The notes beneath the pieces were generated by a model, which worked only from the letters and a program-made list of their open reading frames with translations, did not search any database and was not told the origin of the DNA. Positions 30,232-38,675 of a stretch of 64,000 bases of DNA are shown in pieces; positions within the stretch are counted from its first letter, which is position 1, and every line of letters starts with the position of its first letter. The stretch lies in assembly GCA_965203805.1 (NCBI GenBank), contig OZ241917.1, positions 96,001 to 160,000 on the forward strand, given 5' to 3'. The translations under genes and the position numbers were made by a program. Origin of the DNA: Candidatus Latescibacterota bacterium. GTDB lineage: Bacteria; Latescibacterota; UBA2968; GCA-2709665.

Positions 30232-32052
30232 ATGACACGAAAGCCCGTGTGTGTTGTTGTGTTCGCTCTTCTGGTCTCGTGGAGTGCGGCGCATGGCGAA
30301 ACGCCGCGTCTCGAAGTGTCGGTGGACCGGACACGCGTGGAAGTGGGGGATCAGGTCAGGCTTACGGTGACGTTGACGGCCAACGGCGACGTCCCCGCGC
30401 CGGAACTGCCGGTTCCTGACGGACTCGACGTGATCGGGCGTTCGTCGTATGCGACCCAGGAGCTCAATATTACGAACGGCCGCGTCGTAACGACGCGCAA
30501 CAACTCGTACGAATATTCCCTTCGGGCGACGCGCGACGGCAGCTTCCTGATCGGGCCGGCGTACGTGATGTACGAGGGCAGGCGACACGAGTCCTCAACG
30601 GTTCGGATAGACGTCGTGAAGCGCGGCAGCCGGCCGCGAACCCGTCCTGGGCCGGGACAGTCCCGCGGCGGTCCCGATGCGGGGGAATTATCGGAGGAGG
30701 ACCTGTTCGTTACCGCGGCGGTGGACAAGGAAAGGGTGTACGTGGGAGAGCAGGTAACCGTTACTTATATGCTTTATACACGCCGGACACTGCGGAATAT
30801 CGGCTACGGCCGCCTGCCTGCCTATACCGGCTTCTGGTCGGAGACCCTGTTCGACGCGCAGCGCGCCAGTTTTGACCGGGAGGTCTACAACGGCCGCGAG
30901 TACCACGTCATGCGGTTGAAGACGATGGCATTGTTTCCCACCGCGTCCGGAGAACCGGCCCTTGACGAACTTGAAGTCGTCTGCCAGGTACAGGACCGCA
31001 CGCGGCGCAGGAATCTGCTCGATATGGACGATTTCTTCGGTTTCGGCAACAGCCGTGAAGTTCGCGCACGAACCGCGCGGGTGAAGATTGACGTCTCCCC
31101 GCTGCCCGGTGGCGCTCCACCCGGGTTTCTCGGCGCGGTGGGCAGGTTCGACATGTCGATTGAGGCAAGTCCCTTGTCCGTGGAGGCCGGTGATCCCATC
31201 GCGGTGAAGGTGAACGTGCGCGGTACCGGTAATATGAACGGCGTGGGCGAGCCCGTTCGTCCGTCCGGAAACGCATTCAAGTTCTACGACCCGAAGGCAA
31301 CGATAAACGCGGGAAACACGAACGGTCGCATCGGGGGCGAAAAGACGTTCGAATACGTCGCGATTCCCGACCGCGCGGGCAACGCGAGAATCGGCCCGTT
31401 CGTATTGCCCTATTTCGACCCGGAGACAAATCGTTACCATACCGCACGAACACGGGAGGTTTCGGTAACCGTGAAGCCAGGCAGGCAGCAGGCCGCTCCG
31501 GGACCCGTGTTGAGCCGGAAAGAGATCGAGAGGATCGGACAGGATATCCGGCACCTGAAACCGGACCTGGAGTATCTGGAAGAACACGGCATGCAGCTGT
31601 ACAGGAATACCTGGTTCTGGGCGATTCAATCCGTGCCCGTTCTCGGTTTGCTCGGGATCGTCGCATTTAAACGCCAGCGGGACCGGCTCATGGGCGATGA
31701 AGCCTACGCCCGAAGGCGCCGCTCCGGTTCGGAGGCCAGGAGGCGCCTGATGCGGGCCCGGGCGCGGCTCGACGAAGAGGACGACGTGGCGTTTTTTGTT
31801 GAAATCGATCGGGCGCTGGCCCAATTCCTTGCGGATCGGCTGAATCTGCCGGTCGCGGGCATGACCCGCGAGTCCGCCGCGCAGGCGCTTCGCGAGAAGG
31901 AGGTGCCGGATTCCATTGTGTCCGAAGCGCGGGATGTCTTCCTGCGTTGCGACTACGCACGATTCGCCTCGGTCCGGATTCCCGAGCAGGAACGGAAGGA
32001 ACTCTTTGACGCGGCGGCGGCATTGATCGATGCCCTGGGAGCCAGGATATGA
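30232..32052 (+). CDS. batD: BatD-family protein
   Basis: SVDRT.V..GD, VDK..VYVGEQ, GAVGRF, V.G.GN, YFDP, C-terminal TM; start 30223 or 30232. Confidence 0.85.
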   Translation: MTRKPVCVVVFALLVSWSAAHGETPRLEVSVDRTRVEVGDQVRLTVTLTANGDVPAPELPVPDGLDVIGRSSYATQELNITNGRVVTTRNNSYEYSLRATRDGSFLIGPAYVMYEGRRHESSTVRIDVVKRGSRPRTRPGPGQSRGGPDAGELSEEDLFVTAAVDKERVYVGEQVTVTYMLYTRRTLRNIGYGRLPAYTGFWSETLFDAQRASFDREVYNGREYHVMRLKTMALFPTASGEPALDELEVVCQVQDRTRRRNLLDMDDFFGFGNSREVRARTARVKIDVSPLPGGAPPGFLGAVGRFDMSIEASPLSVEAGDPIAVKVNVRGTGNMNGVGEPVRPSGNAFKFYDPKATINAGNTNGRIGGEKTFEYVAIPDRAGNARIGPFVLPYFDPETNRYHTARTREVSVTVKPGRQQAAPGPVLSRKEIERIGQDIRHLKPDLEYLEEHGMQLYRNTWFWAIQSVPVLGLLGIVAFKRQRDRLMGDEAYARRRRSGSEARRRLMRARARLDEEDDVAFFVEIDRALAQFLADRLNLPVAGMTRESAAQALREKEVPDSIVSEARDVFLRCDYARFASVRIPEQERKELFDAAAALIDALGARI

Positions 32053-32876
32053 CGTGCCTGCGCGCGCCGTCCGTCCGGCTGCGGAGGCGTCGCCGGGCGT
32101 CGGAAACCGGCGCCTCCTCCGCGGGTCCGGTTGCATGGGCGGCAGTGGCCGTGCTTCTGCTTGCCGGCAGCGCCCGCGGCGCCGGGACCGGCGCGCATGG
32201 GTATAATGAGGCGAATGCTCTTTACAGGCAGGGCGAATTCAGGAAGGCGGCGGGTCGGTACGAAGAAGTGGTGTCGCAGGGTGTGCGGAACGGCAACGTT
32301 TTTTTCAATCTGGGCAATGCCTGGTTCAAGGCCGGCGAAATCGGCCAGGCCATTCTGGCCTATGAGCGGGCCCTGAAGCTGATGCCGGGCGATGAAGACG
32401 TGCTCTCGAACCTGCGCTTTGTGAACGCCCACAAAGAAGACAAGAGTCCCGAAGAAGACGTCAATCTTCCAACCCGCCTGCTGTCGTCCGCTTACCGCGT
32501 GCTGAGCGCCAATGTACTGGCCGTTTTGAGCAGCATCAGCCTGTTTTTGATGTCGGCGGCCGCCGTTCTGTGGCTGTATTCGATTCCTCGCCGTTCGCTA
32601 TCGATCGGGCTGCTCGTGCTGGCAGGGGTGGGATTGTGCGGTTCAGGCTCTCTGCTGACGTACAGGGTCTATAACGAGACCTCGGCTTCAGAAGCGATTG
32701 TTCTGGCGGACGAGGTACAGGGACGAAGCGGCCCCGGGAACGACTATCTGCTCGTATTCACGATCCATGAGGGTACGAAGGTGGCCGTCGAACGGCTGGA
32801 AAGCCGCTGGTATCTGGTGCGACTGCCAAACGGGATCGGCGGGTGGGTGCCGGGGGAGACGGTGGAGAGAATCTGA
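32049..32876 (+). CDS. batE: BatE-like TPR + SH3 protein
   Basis: FNLGNAWFK..IGQAILAYERA, SGP, HEGTKV, GWVP; true start may be further downstream. Confidence 0.8.
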   Translation: MTCLRAPSVRLRRRRRASETGASSAGPVAWAAVAVLLLAGSARGAGTGAHGYNEANALYRQGEFRKAAGRYEEVVSQGVRNGNVFFNLGNAWFKAGEIGQAILAYERALKLMPGDEDVLSNLRFVNAHKEDKSPEEDVNLPTRLLSSAYRVLSANVLAVLSSISLFLMSAAAVLWLYSIPRRSLSIGLLVLAGVGLCGSGSLLTYRVYNETSASEAIVLADEVQGRSGPGNDYLLVFTIHEGTKVAVERLESRWYLVRLPNGIGGWVPGETVERI

Positions 32877-32987
32877 AGTGCGCATCGCTCGTTCACAAGG
32901 CGGCGGTGCGCTCGATGCGGGCCGTCATGAACAGAAACGACCCGTTTTCCGAAACGTGTCTGTATCTCATTTGAACCAGGGGTCTGC

Positions 32988-34334
32988 ATGAGGCCTTATA
33001 GCGCCTGGTTTCGGTGTTTCAGAGGATGCGGCGGTCGTTATCCGCTCACGCAGATCATCTATGCGTGTCCGAAGTGCGGCGGTCTGCTCGAGGTGCGCCA
33101 CGATGTGGAAGCGCTGCGCGCCAGTTCCCCGAATTATTGGCGCCGGCTGTTCGATAGCAGGTATATGCGCACGCAATGGCCGTACGGCAGCTCGGTCTGG
33201 GGCAAGAAGGAAATGGTCTGCCCCGTCGTGGACGACGACAACGTGGTATCGATGTATGAAGGGGGAAGCAATCTGTTCTGGGCGGAGCGCCTGGGACGCG
33301 AGATAGGTGTGGAGGACCTGTGGGTCAAGCAATGCGGAAACAGCCACACCGGCTCGTTCAAGGATCTGGGAATGACGGTGCTGGTGTCGATGGTAAAGCA
33401 GATGGTCGCGGAGGGCCAGCGCATCCCGGCTGCCGCGTGCGCCTCGACCGGAGATACGTCGGCGGCGCTGGCCGCATATTGCGCGCACGCGGGCATACAG
33501 GCGGTGGTGTTCCTGCCACGTGACAAGGTCTCCACGGCCCAGCTGGTGCAGCCGATGTCCAACAATGCGCTCGTACTGAGCCTGGATACGGACTTTGACG
33601 GGTGTATGAAACTCGTTCAGGAGATATGCCACACGGAGAACATCTACCTGGCCAACTCGATGAATTCGCTTCGCGTGGAGGGCCAGAAAACCGTCAGCGT
33701 GGAGTTGCTCCAGCAGTTCGATTGGGACCTGCCGCAATGGATCGTGGTTCCCGGTGGCAACCTGGGAAACGTCAGCGCATTGGGCAAGGGGTTCAGCGAG
33801 TTACGGGAGATGGGTCTGATCGATCGCGTGCCTCGAATCGCGGTTGCCCAGAGCGCGCGGGCGAATCCGCTTTACCGGAGCTACCGCAACGGCTTCGATG
33901 TCTTCGAACCGCAGACGGCCGGAACGACCCTGGCCAGCGCCATCCAGATCGGGGATCCGGTCAGTACCGAAAAGGCGATCCGGACCCTGAAGAGCATCGG
34001 CGGCGTGGTTGAGCAGGCAACGGACCAGGAACTGGCGGATGCGGCGGCGCGGGCGGATCGAACCGGGTTGTTTGCATGTCCGCATACGGGAGTGGCCTTT
34101 GCGGCGCTTTTCAAGCTGGTGGAACGAGGCGTCATTCGAAAAGATGAGCGGGTTGTGGTCATATCCACCGCCCACGGACTGAAGTTCGCCGAGTTCAAGA
34201 TCGGGTACCATCAGGCGCAACTGGCGTCGTTCGACGTCGACCCGACCTATGCGAATCTGCCCGTGGAACTGCCGGCGGAATACGGACCGGTTCGGGACCG
34301 GATCTTTCGCACGCTTGATCTGAACGGCGGTTGA
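32988..34334 (+). CDS. thrC: Threonine synthase (plant-like subfamily)
   Basis: [27 protein letters not shown] (PLP lysine), [30 protein letters not shown]. Confidence 0.93.
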   Translation: MRPYSAWFRCFRGCGGRYPLTQIIYACPKCGGLLEVRHDVEALRASSPNYWRRLFDSRYMRTQWPYGSSVWGKKEMVCPVVDDDNVVSMYEGGSNLFWAERLGREIGVEDLWVKQCGNSHTGSFKDLGMTVLVSMVKQMVAEGQRIPAAACASTGDTSAALAAYCAHAGIQAVVFLPRDKVSTAQLVQPMSNNALVLSLDTDFDGCMKLVQEICHTENIYLANSMNSLRVEGQKTVSVELLQQFDWDLPQWIVVPGGNLGNVSALGKGFSELREMGLIDRVPRIAVAQSARANPLYRSYRNGFDVFEPQTAGTTLASAIQIGDPVSTEKAIRTLKSIGGVVEQATDQELADAAARADRTGLFACPHTGVAFAALFKLVERGVIRKDERVVVISTAHGLKFAEFKIGYHQAQLASFDVDPTYANLPVELPAEYGPVRDRIFRTLDLNGG

Positions 34335-34359
34335 CAGGGATGTGAGAATTGGTTACATT
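34331..34359 (+). promoter_or_regulatory. Sigma70 promoter for the riboswitch-metB transcript
   Basis: TTGACA-17-TACATT overlapping the thrC stop. Confidence 0.7.
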
Positions 34360-34376
34360 GGTTGGCCATGTTCAGC

Positions 34377-34428
34377 GTAGTGGTGATTTGAGGCATATTG
34401 CAGCCACTATAAAGAAATCGCTAAAAAG
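34377..34428 (+). promoter_or_regulatory. SAM-II (SAM-alpha) riboswitch aptamer
   Basis: GTAGTGG-TGATTTG...TTGCAG-CCACTAT-AAAGAAATCGCTAAAAAG fits the SAM-II pattern (P1 stem, UGAUUU, UUGCA, 3' GCUAAA); lies upstream of a methionine-pathway gene. Confidence 0.85.
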
Positions 34429-34493
34429 CTCATGACCGGATCGACGTTTGCGTATTCAGGTTCTCTGGGGCTTTTTAGCTTCAGTTTTTTTTT
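34420..34493 (+). terminator. Terminator-like hairpin + U-tract in the metB leader (putative expression platform)
   Basis: GCTAAAAAGCTC (34420-31) pairs with GGGCTTTTTAGC (34468-79); T9 at 34485-93. Confidence 0.5.
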
Positions 34494-34512
34494 GTGGGTA
34501 CCGGAGGAGGCG

Positions 34513-35706
34513 ATGAAAAAAAGCCCATCGACTGATGGCGCCTGCAGTTCCACCCGTGCGGTCCACGCCGGCGAAAAGGGTGGGCATTGGGGCCATTCTC
34601 TCACGGTCCCGATCGCGCAAACGTCGACCTACGTATTCGAGAATACGGAGGCCGTGGACGATTTCGTGTCCGGGCGATCCCCCCGCCTCGATTACGGGCG
34701 CTACGGTAACCCGACACAGCAGATTGCGGAACGAAAGCTGGCTGAGATTGAGGGAGCCGATGCGGCGCTGTTGTTTTCGTCCGGCATGAGCGCCGTGACA
34801 ACGACGCTTCTTGGCATGTTGTCCACGGGTCACCACGCCGTGATTGCCGACGACTGTTATCGAAAGACCGCTCAATTCTGCGAACAGGTTCTGAGGAAGT
34901 TCGGAATCGCCACAACCTTCGTACCCGCGGGCGACTATGAGCGGCTGGCTTCGGCCATGCAGGAGAATACGAGGGTCGTAATTGCGGAATCTCCGACCAA
35001 CCCGCACCTGAACGTGATGGATCTGGAGAGGGTGGTTCCAATCGCAAAGGCGAACCGTGCGAAGGTCGTTATAGACAGCACGTTTGCCACACCGTTCAAC
35101 CAGCGTCCCCTCGAGTTCGGCGTCGACCTGGTCATTCACAGCGCAACCAAGTACCTGGGGGGCCATAACGACCTGATTGCAGGCGCCGTACTCGGCCCCG
35201 AGCCACTGGTATCGGCTATAAAGGACTATCGAGGAATCCTGGGCGGGGTGATCGACCCCCACTGTACCTATCTGCTGATCAGAGGCATCAAGACATTTCC
35301 GTTACGGATGGCGCGCCAGAACGAAACGGCGCTGGCGCTCGCCCGCTTTCTGGAGGGGAACGTCAAGGTGCGCCAGGTCTACTATCCCGGACTGGAGAGC
35401 CACCCGCACCACGGGGTCGCGCGGGAGCAGATGCATGGGTACGGCGGCGTGGTGAGTTTCGACCTCGATGCGGACCTGGGCGGAACCATGGCGTTCCTGG
35501 ATCGCCTGAAGGTTCCGTGCATCGGGGCCAGCCTGGGCGGCGTGGAGAGCATCGTATCCCATCCGTCAACCATTTCCTACTATGAGATGGCGCGGGAAGA
35601 CAGAGTCGCCGTTGGAATCAAGGACGAATTGGTGCGCTATTCCGTCGGTGTCGAGGACGCGAAAGACCTGATCGAGGACGTGGAACGGGCCCTCGAGACC
35701 ATTTAA
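34513..35706 (+). CDS. metB: Cystathionine gamma-synthase (plant-like)
   Basis: YGRYGNPT, SGM, DCYRKT, ESPTNP, SATKYLGGHND; GGAGGAGG RBS. Confidence 0.85.
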   Translation: MKKSPSTDGACSSTRAVHAGEKGGHWGHSLTVPIAQTSTYVFENTEAVDDFVSGRSPRLDYGRYGNPTQQIAERKLAEIEGADAALLFSSGMSAVTTTLLGMLSTGHHAVIADDCYRKTAQFCEQVLRKFGIATTFVPAGDYERLASAMQENTRVVIAESPTNPHLNVMDLERVVPIAKANRAKVVIDSTFATPFNQRPLEFGVDLVIHSATKYLGGHNDLIAGAVLGPEPLVSAIKDYRGILGGVIDPHCTYLLIRGIKTFPLRMARQNETALALARFLEGNVKVRQVYYPGLESHPHHGVAREQMHGYGGVVSFDLDADLGGTMAFLDRLKVPCIGASLGGVESIVSHPSTISYYEMAREDRVAVGIKDELVRYSVGVEDAKDLIEDVERALETI

Positions 35707-35726
35707 CGAGACAAGGGAGCGAGGCC

Positions 35727-36506
35727 GTGGTGACGCGGCCCTTCGAATGTATGTTCGGTCCGTTCCTCATGTTCGCATTGCGGGCGCCGTTACAGGACGT
35801 GCGGTGGCGGCAGAAGATCCTGGTGGGGGGGTTGCTGTCCCTTCTGCCGAGTCTGGCGCTGCTGCTCGCCGTTTTTATGGCGCTTGGGAAAGTCACCATG
35901 TTGCTGGCGCCCGTCGCGGTGGTATTCTTCTTTTTTCCGACGCTCGTTTCCTGGGGGTATATATATCGGGTCTTTGTCGACGCGTTGAACGGAATGGAAT
36001 TCCGGCAACTGCCCGATTGGGGCGCATGGAAGCAGTACGCGGGCGTGGGGGTGCGGCTGGGCGTTATCTTTTTCGGATATCTGTTTCTGGCCGGTCTGGG
36101 CGCGCTTGCCGTGATGGCGGTTCTGGGACTGGTACCGCCGGGAAAGGATCCGACCCGGCTAAGCGCGGTCACAATGCTTGTTATCGCTGCCGCGATGCTG
36201 CTCTACGGGCTCCTGCCCGTGGTATTCGCGCGGTTTGCAGCCGAGCGCAAGATATGGGCTTCATTCGATCCTGGCGCAATCCTGTCGGACATTCGGCGGG
36301 TGATTCGGGGCGGGCGGTATACACAGGCGTGTCTTGCGTTCTATCTCGCTTACGGATTGCTGCTCTTCCTGAACTTGCTGCTGGGCGCCGTGCCGCCAGT
36401 GGCGATGTTTATCGGTTCGATTGGCTCGTTTTACCTGATGGTGGTTTTTGCCTGGGTATTCGGATGGCTGATCGGGAATCGGGGTGCGGAGCGTTCAGAC
36501 CGGTAA
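35727..36506 (+). CDS. Membrane protein, DUF4013-like
   Basis: Multi-TM; WRQKILVGGLL...GY..R...LPDW pattern; start uncertain. Confidence 0.6.
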   Translation: MVTRPFECMFGPFLMFALRAPLQDVRWRQKILVGGLLSLLPSLALLLAVFMALGKVTMLLAPVAVVFFFFPTLVSWGYIYRVFVDALNGMEFRQLPDWGAWKQYAGVGVRLGVIFFGYLFLAGLGALAVMAVLGLVPPGKDPTRLSAVTMLVIAAAMLLYGLLPVVFARFAAERKIWASFDPGAILSDIRRVIRGGRYTQACLAFYLAYGLLLFLNLLLGAVPPVAMFIGSIGSFYLMVVFAWVFGWLIGNRGAERSDR

Positions 36507-36560
36507 CGCCGTCTGTCGGCCGTCCCGGTTTCGAGTGTGACCGGACTTCGCGGACTGCCA

Positions 36561-36728
36561 GTGTTCTGTCCCGGAAATAAGTTGCCTGAATTCGGCCGTG
36601 GGAAAGCGGCAATTATCTAAAGGCGGTGAGACGGGAGAGTTGAGACGGGATGAATCGGCCTGCCTGCAGCTCAGGGCACTGCGCAGGCAGGCGGAAGAAT
36701 GGTGAGGTATTTATGGGTCAGGACACTA
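36561..36728 (-). mobile_element. MITE family B, inverted copy
   Basis: Ends GTGTTCTGTCCC...GGGTCAGGACAC-TA; ends homologous to 55558-55723. Confidence 0.8.
36659..36691. repeat. 33-bp palindromic micro-element (CCTGCCTGC...GCAGGCAGG) nested in MITE B
   Basis: Absent from the homologous site of the 55.6-kb copy. Confidence 0.7.
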
Positions 36729-37640
36729 GACCTGCGCCCACGCGGCGTCGAGAACCCTCTTGGCGTTGGCGATGACGATTTCGGGTGATTCTCCCTCCAT
36801 CGGAGAAACTTCGAAGCTGAGAATCGGGCGTTTCTCAGGATCCAGAAAGCCGATGTCGAGCAGTTCACTGAGGAATTCAACGGCTTCGGGAATGTCGTTC
36901 TCGCCGTCTTCGCAACCGAATCGGGGGTGGTTGTCCCCGTATGCCGGATGATTGGGGTTTCGCATTACGCAGTTGCCGATATGGGCATGAACCAGGTGGT
37001 CGCGTGCGATTCGCAGTGCATATTCCGAGGTTTCACCCTGAAGGGGGAAATGACTCAGGTCCAGCATCAATCCGAAGTTCGGGTACTCCCGCCTTACCCT
37101 GGAAGAAACTTCGACTGCCAGCGCATTCGGGCCGACGAGACAGTGCTTGCCGAAGGGCACCCGGTCGAACGTTTCGAGTACGATGTTCATGTTCCTGCCG
37201 GCCGCTTCTTCGCATAGGCGATAGAGAGAGTCGACCAGCAGGTCCACGCCCCGCTCGCGGGCTCCCGGACCGGGATCGATGCCTGAAAGCAGGGCAACCC
37301 CCGGAGCGCCGAGTGCTTCGGCCTGCCCGATGCCTGCGATGACCGCGTCCACCGCGCCGAGCCTGTGGCCCTCGTCGTCGGCGTTGATGTTCAGGTTGCC
37401 GCCAAGAAGAATCGGTTGGGCGCCGAAGGCCACGTCCATATGGGCGGCCTGCAGCAGTTCGGCGGCTTCCGCACGTACCTTTTCGTCCTTCATATGGGTG
37501 ACTTCCACCGCCTGGAAATAGGGATCGAGCGCGATCCTTTCCAGTGTCTCAACAATCGGCCCTTCACCGCCGATACAGGATTTGTACGCCATAAAATGTA
37601 CAATGCCGATTCGAGCGTAGTTCTGAATAGGTTCGGTCAC
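36726..37640 (-). CDS. Sugar phosphate isomerase/epimerase (TIM barrel)
   Basis: IVLETFD, LMLDLSH, HAHIGN, DNHPRFG, SFEV; GTG start with AGGAAAGGAG RBS. Confidence 0.8.
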   Translation of the reverse strand: MTEPIQNYARIGIVHFMAYKSCIGGEGPIVETLERIALDPYFQAVEVTHMKDEKVRAEAAELLQAAHMDVAFGAQPILLGGNLNINADDEGHRLGAVDAVIAGIGQAEALGAPGVALLSGIDPGPGARERGVDLLVDSLYRLCEEAAGRNMNIVLETFDRVPFGKHCLVGPNALAVEVSSRVRREYPNFGLMLDLSHFPLQGETSEYALRIARDHLVHAHIGNCVMRNPNHPAYGDNHPRFGCEDGENDIPEAVEFLSELLDIGFLDPEKRPILSFEVSPMEGESPEIVIANAKRVLDAAWAQV

Positions 37641-37856
37641 AACAACGACTCCTTTCCTGCCTCGCGATTTCGCTGGTCCGAAACGTGAGGCAAGCGATCT
37701 GGCAAACGGGCATGCGAGGCCGACTCCCTTCAGCCGGGACGCGGCGGGCAATTGGCTCGGTCGAATTACCCGGGAAGCGTCGGCGCTGGAGGAATGGCGG
37801 GGCCAAAAATACGCATTCATGCCGGTTTTGTCAAACGGCAATTCGCACTTTTCCGC

Positions 37857-37885
37857 TTGACTTCAGGGGCGCCGGTCTGTATTTT
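37857..37885 (+). promoter_or_regulatory. Putative tRNA-Tyr promoter
   Basis: TTGACT-17-TATTTT. Confidence 0.45.
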
Positions 37886-37909
37886 TTCTGCTTCGATTGC
37901 ACGGCACGT

Positions 37910-37995
37910 GGGGAGGTACCCAAGCGGTCAACGGGGGCAGACTGTAAATCTGTTGGCTGACGCCTTCGGTGGTTCGAATCCGCCCCTCCCCACCA
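37910..37995 (+). tRNA. tRNA-Tyr (GTA)
   Basis: GGGGAGG/CCTCCCC acceptor stem, CTGTAAA anticodon loop, long variable arm, GGTTCGAATCC, encoded CCA. Confidence 0.95.
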
Positions 37996-38011
37996 TTTCC
38001 CGGGCCCCGCG

Positions 38012-38041
38012 CCCCTCCTCAAACGGAGGGGTTTTTATTTT
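38012..38041 (+). terminator. Intrinsic terminator after tRNA-Tyr
   Basis: CCCTCC-TCAAAC-GGAGGG hairpin followed by a T-rich tract. Confidence 0.65.
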
Positions 38042-38240
38042 CTGTCGCGCTTATCGGTTTTCTATCCCGTTCCTCCTGTCCACCCATGTCAATTGCAGTA
38101 GGTGAAAATGACTGCAAAAGACGCCAAACATGGATACACAGGATAGGCAGGATGAAAAGCAAAATTCGGAAAAAACTAACCTTAATTCGTAAAAAGACAA
38201 CCGAAAAATCGGCCACAAAAAGCACAAAAGACACAAAGGG
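38042..38240. repeat. Inverted pair of ATCCTG/ATCCATG modules plus a CACAAA x3 module
   Basis: CCTGTCCACCCATG (+) faces CATGGATACACAGGATAGGCAGGATG; GCCACAAAAAGCACAAAAGACACAAAGGG is close to the reverse complement of 8625-8652. Confidence 0.65.
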
Positions 38241-38263
38241 CACGGCTGCGAAACGGCGTGTAG

Positions 38264-38397
38264 AGGTCGTCCAAAGGCATGTATTCTCGGTTCACGTCCA
38301 GTGACCTGAAGGTTCCTGAAAATCCGACGTCAAATCGCCTTAATTCACCTGCGTTTATTCGAATTCACGTTCCCTGAGAACCACGAATCACGGCCAA
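38264..38397 (+). mobile_element. MITE-like family A, diverged partial copy
   Basis: GTTCACGTCCAGTGACCTGAAGG...AAATCGCCTT..TTCAC...GAATT.ACGT.CC...ACGAATCA. Confidence 0.7.
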
Positions 38398-38584
38398 AAC
38401 CTGAGATATCCGTGAAAACCGGTGGGTTTGTTGCCAAATCGGTTGATTATCAATAACATTAGCGGAGAATATATCGAAAACCATGAAGCGTCCGGAATCG
38501 TTTTGGCTCGCGTTATATTGGGTTTCAGGGTGTTCGTTGTGTTGGCGTGCGGTCCTATGGTGAGTCGATTCCCTGCCGTTACTG

Positions 38585-38675
38585 GTTTCGTCTCGCTTTT
38601 CGTGTTTTTCGTGTGTTTCGTAGTTTCTGATTTTCGTTTTGTCGCGCTTTCCGGTTTTCATCCTGTCCATCCATG
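38585..38675 (+). repeat. T-rich repeat unit forming the 5' exon of the group II intron
   Basis: ~90 bp homologous to 8779-8868, ending ATCCATG. Confidence 0.7.

Noticed and set aside
34368-34391. Leader peptide MFSVVVI as an attenuator for metB
   Set aside because: No Met/Thr/Cys codon run; the sequence is better explained as the SAM-II aptamer
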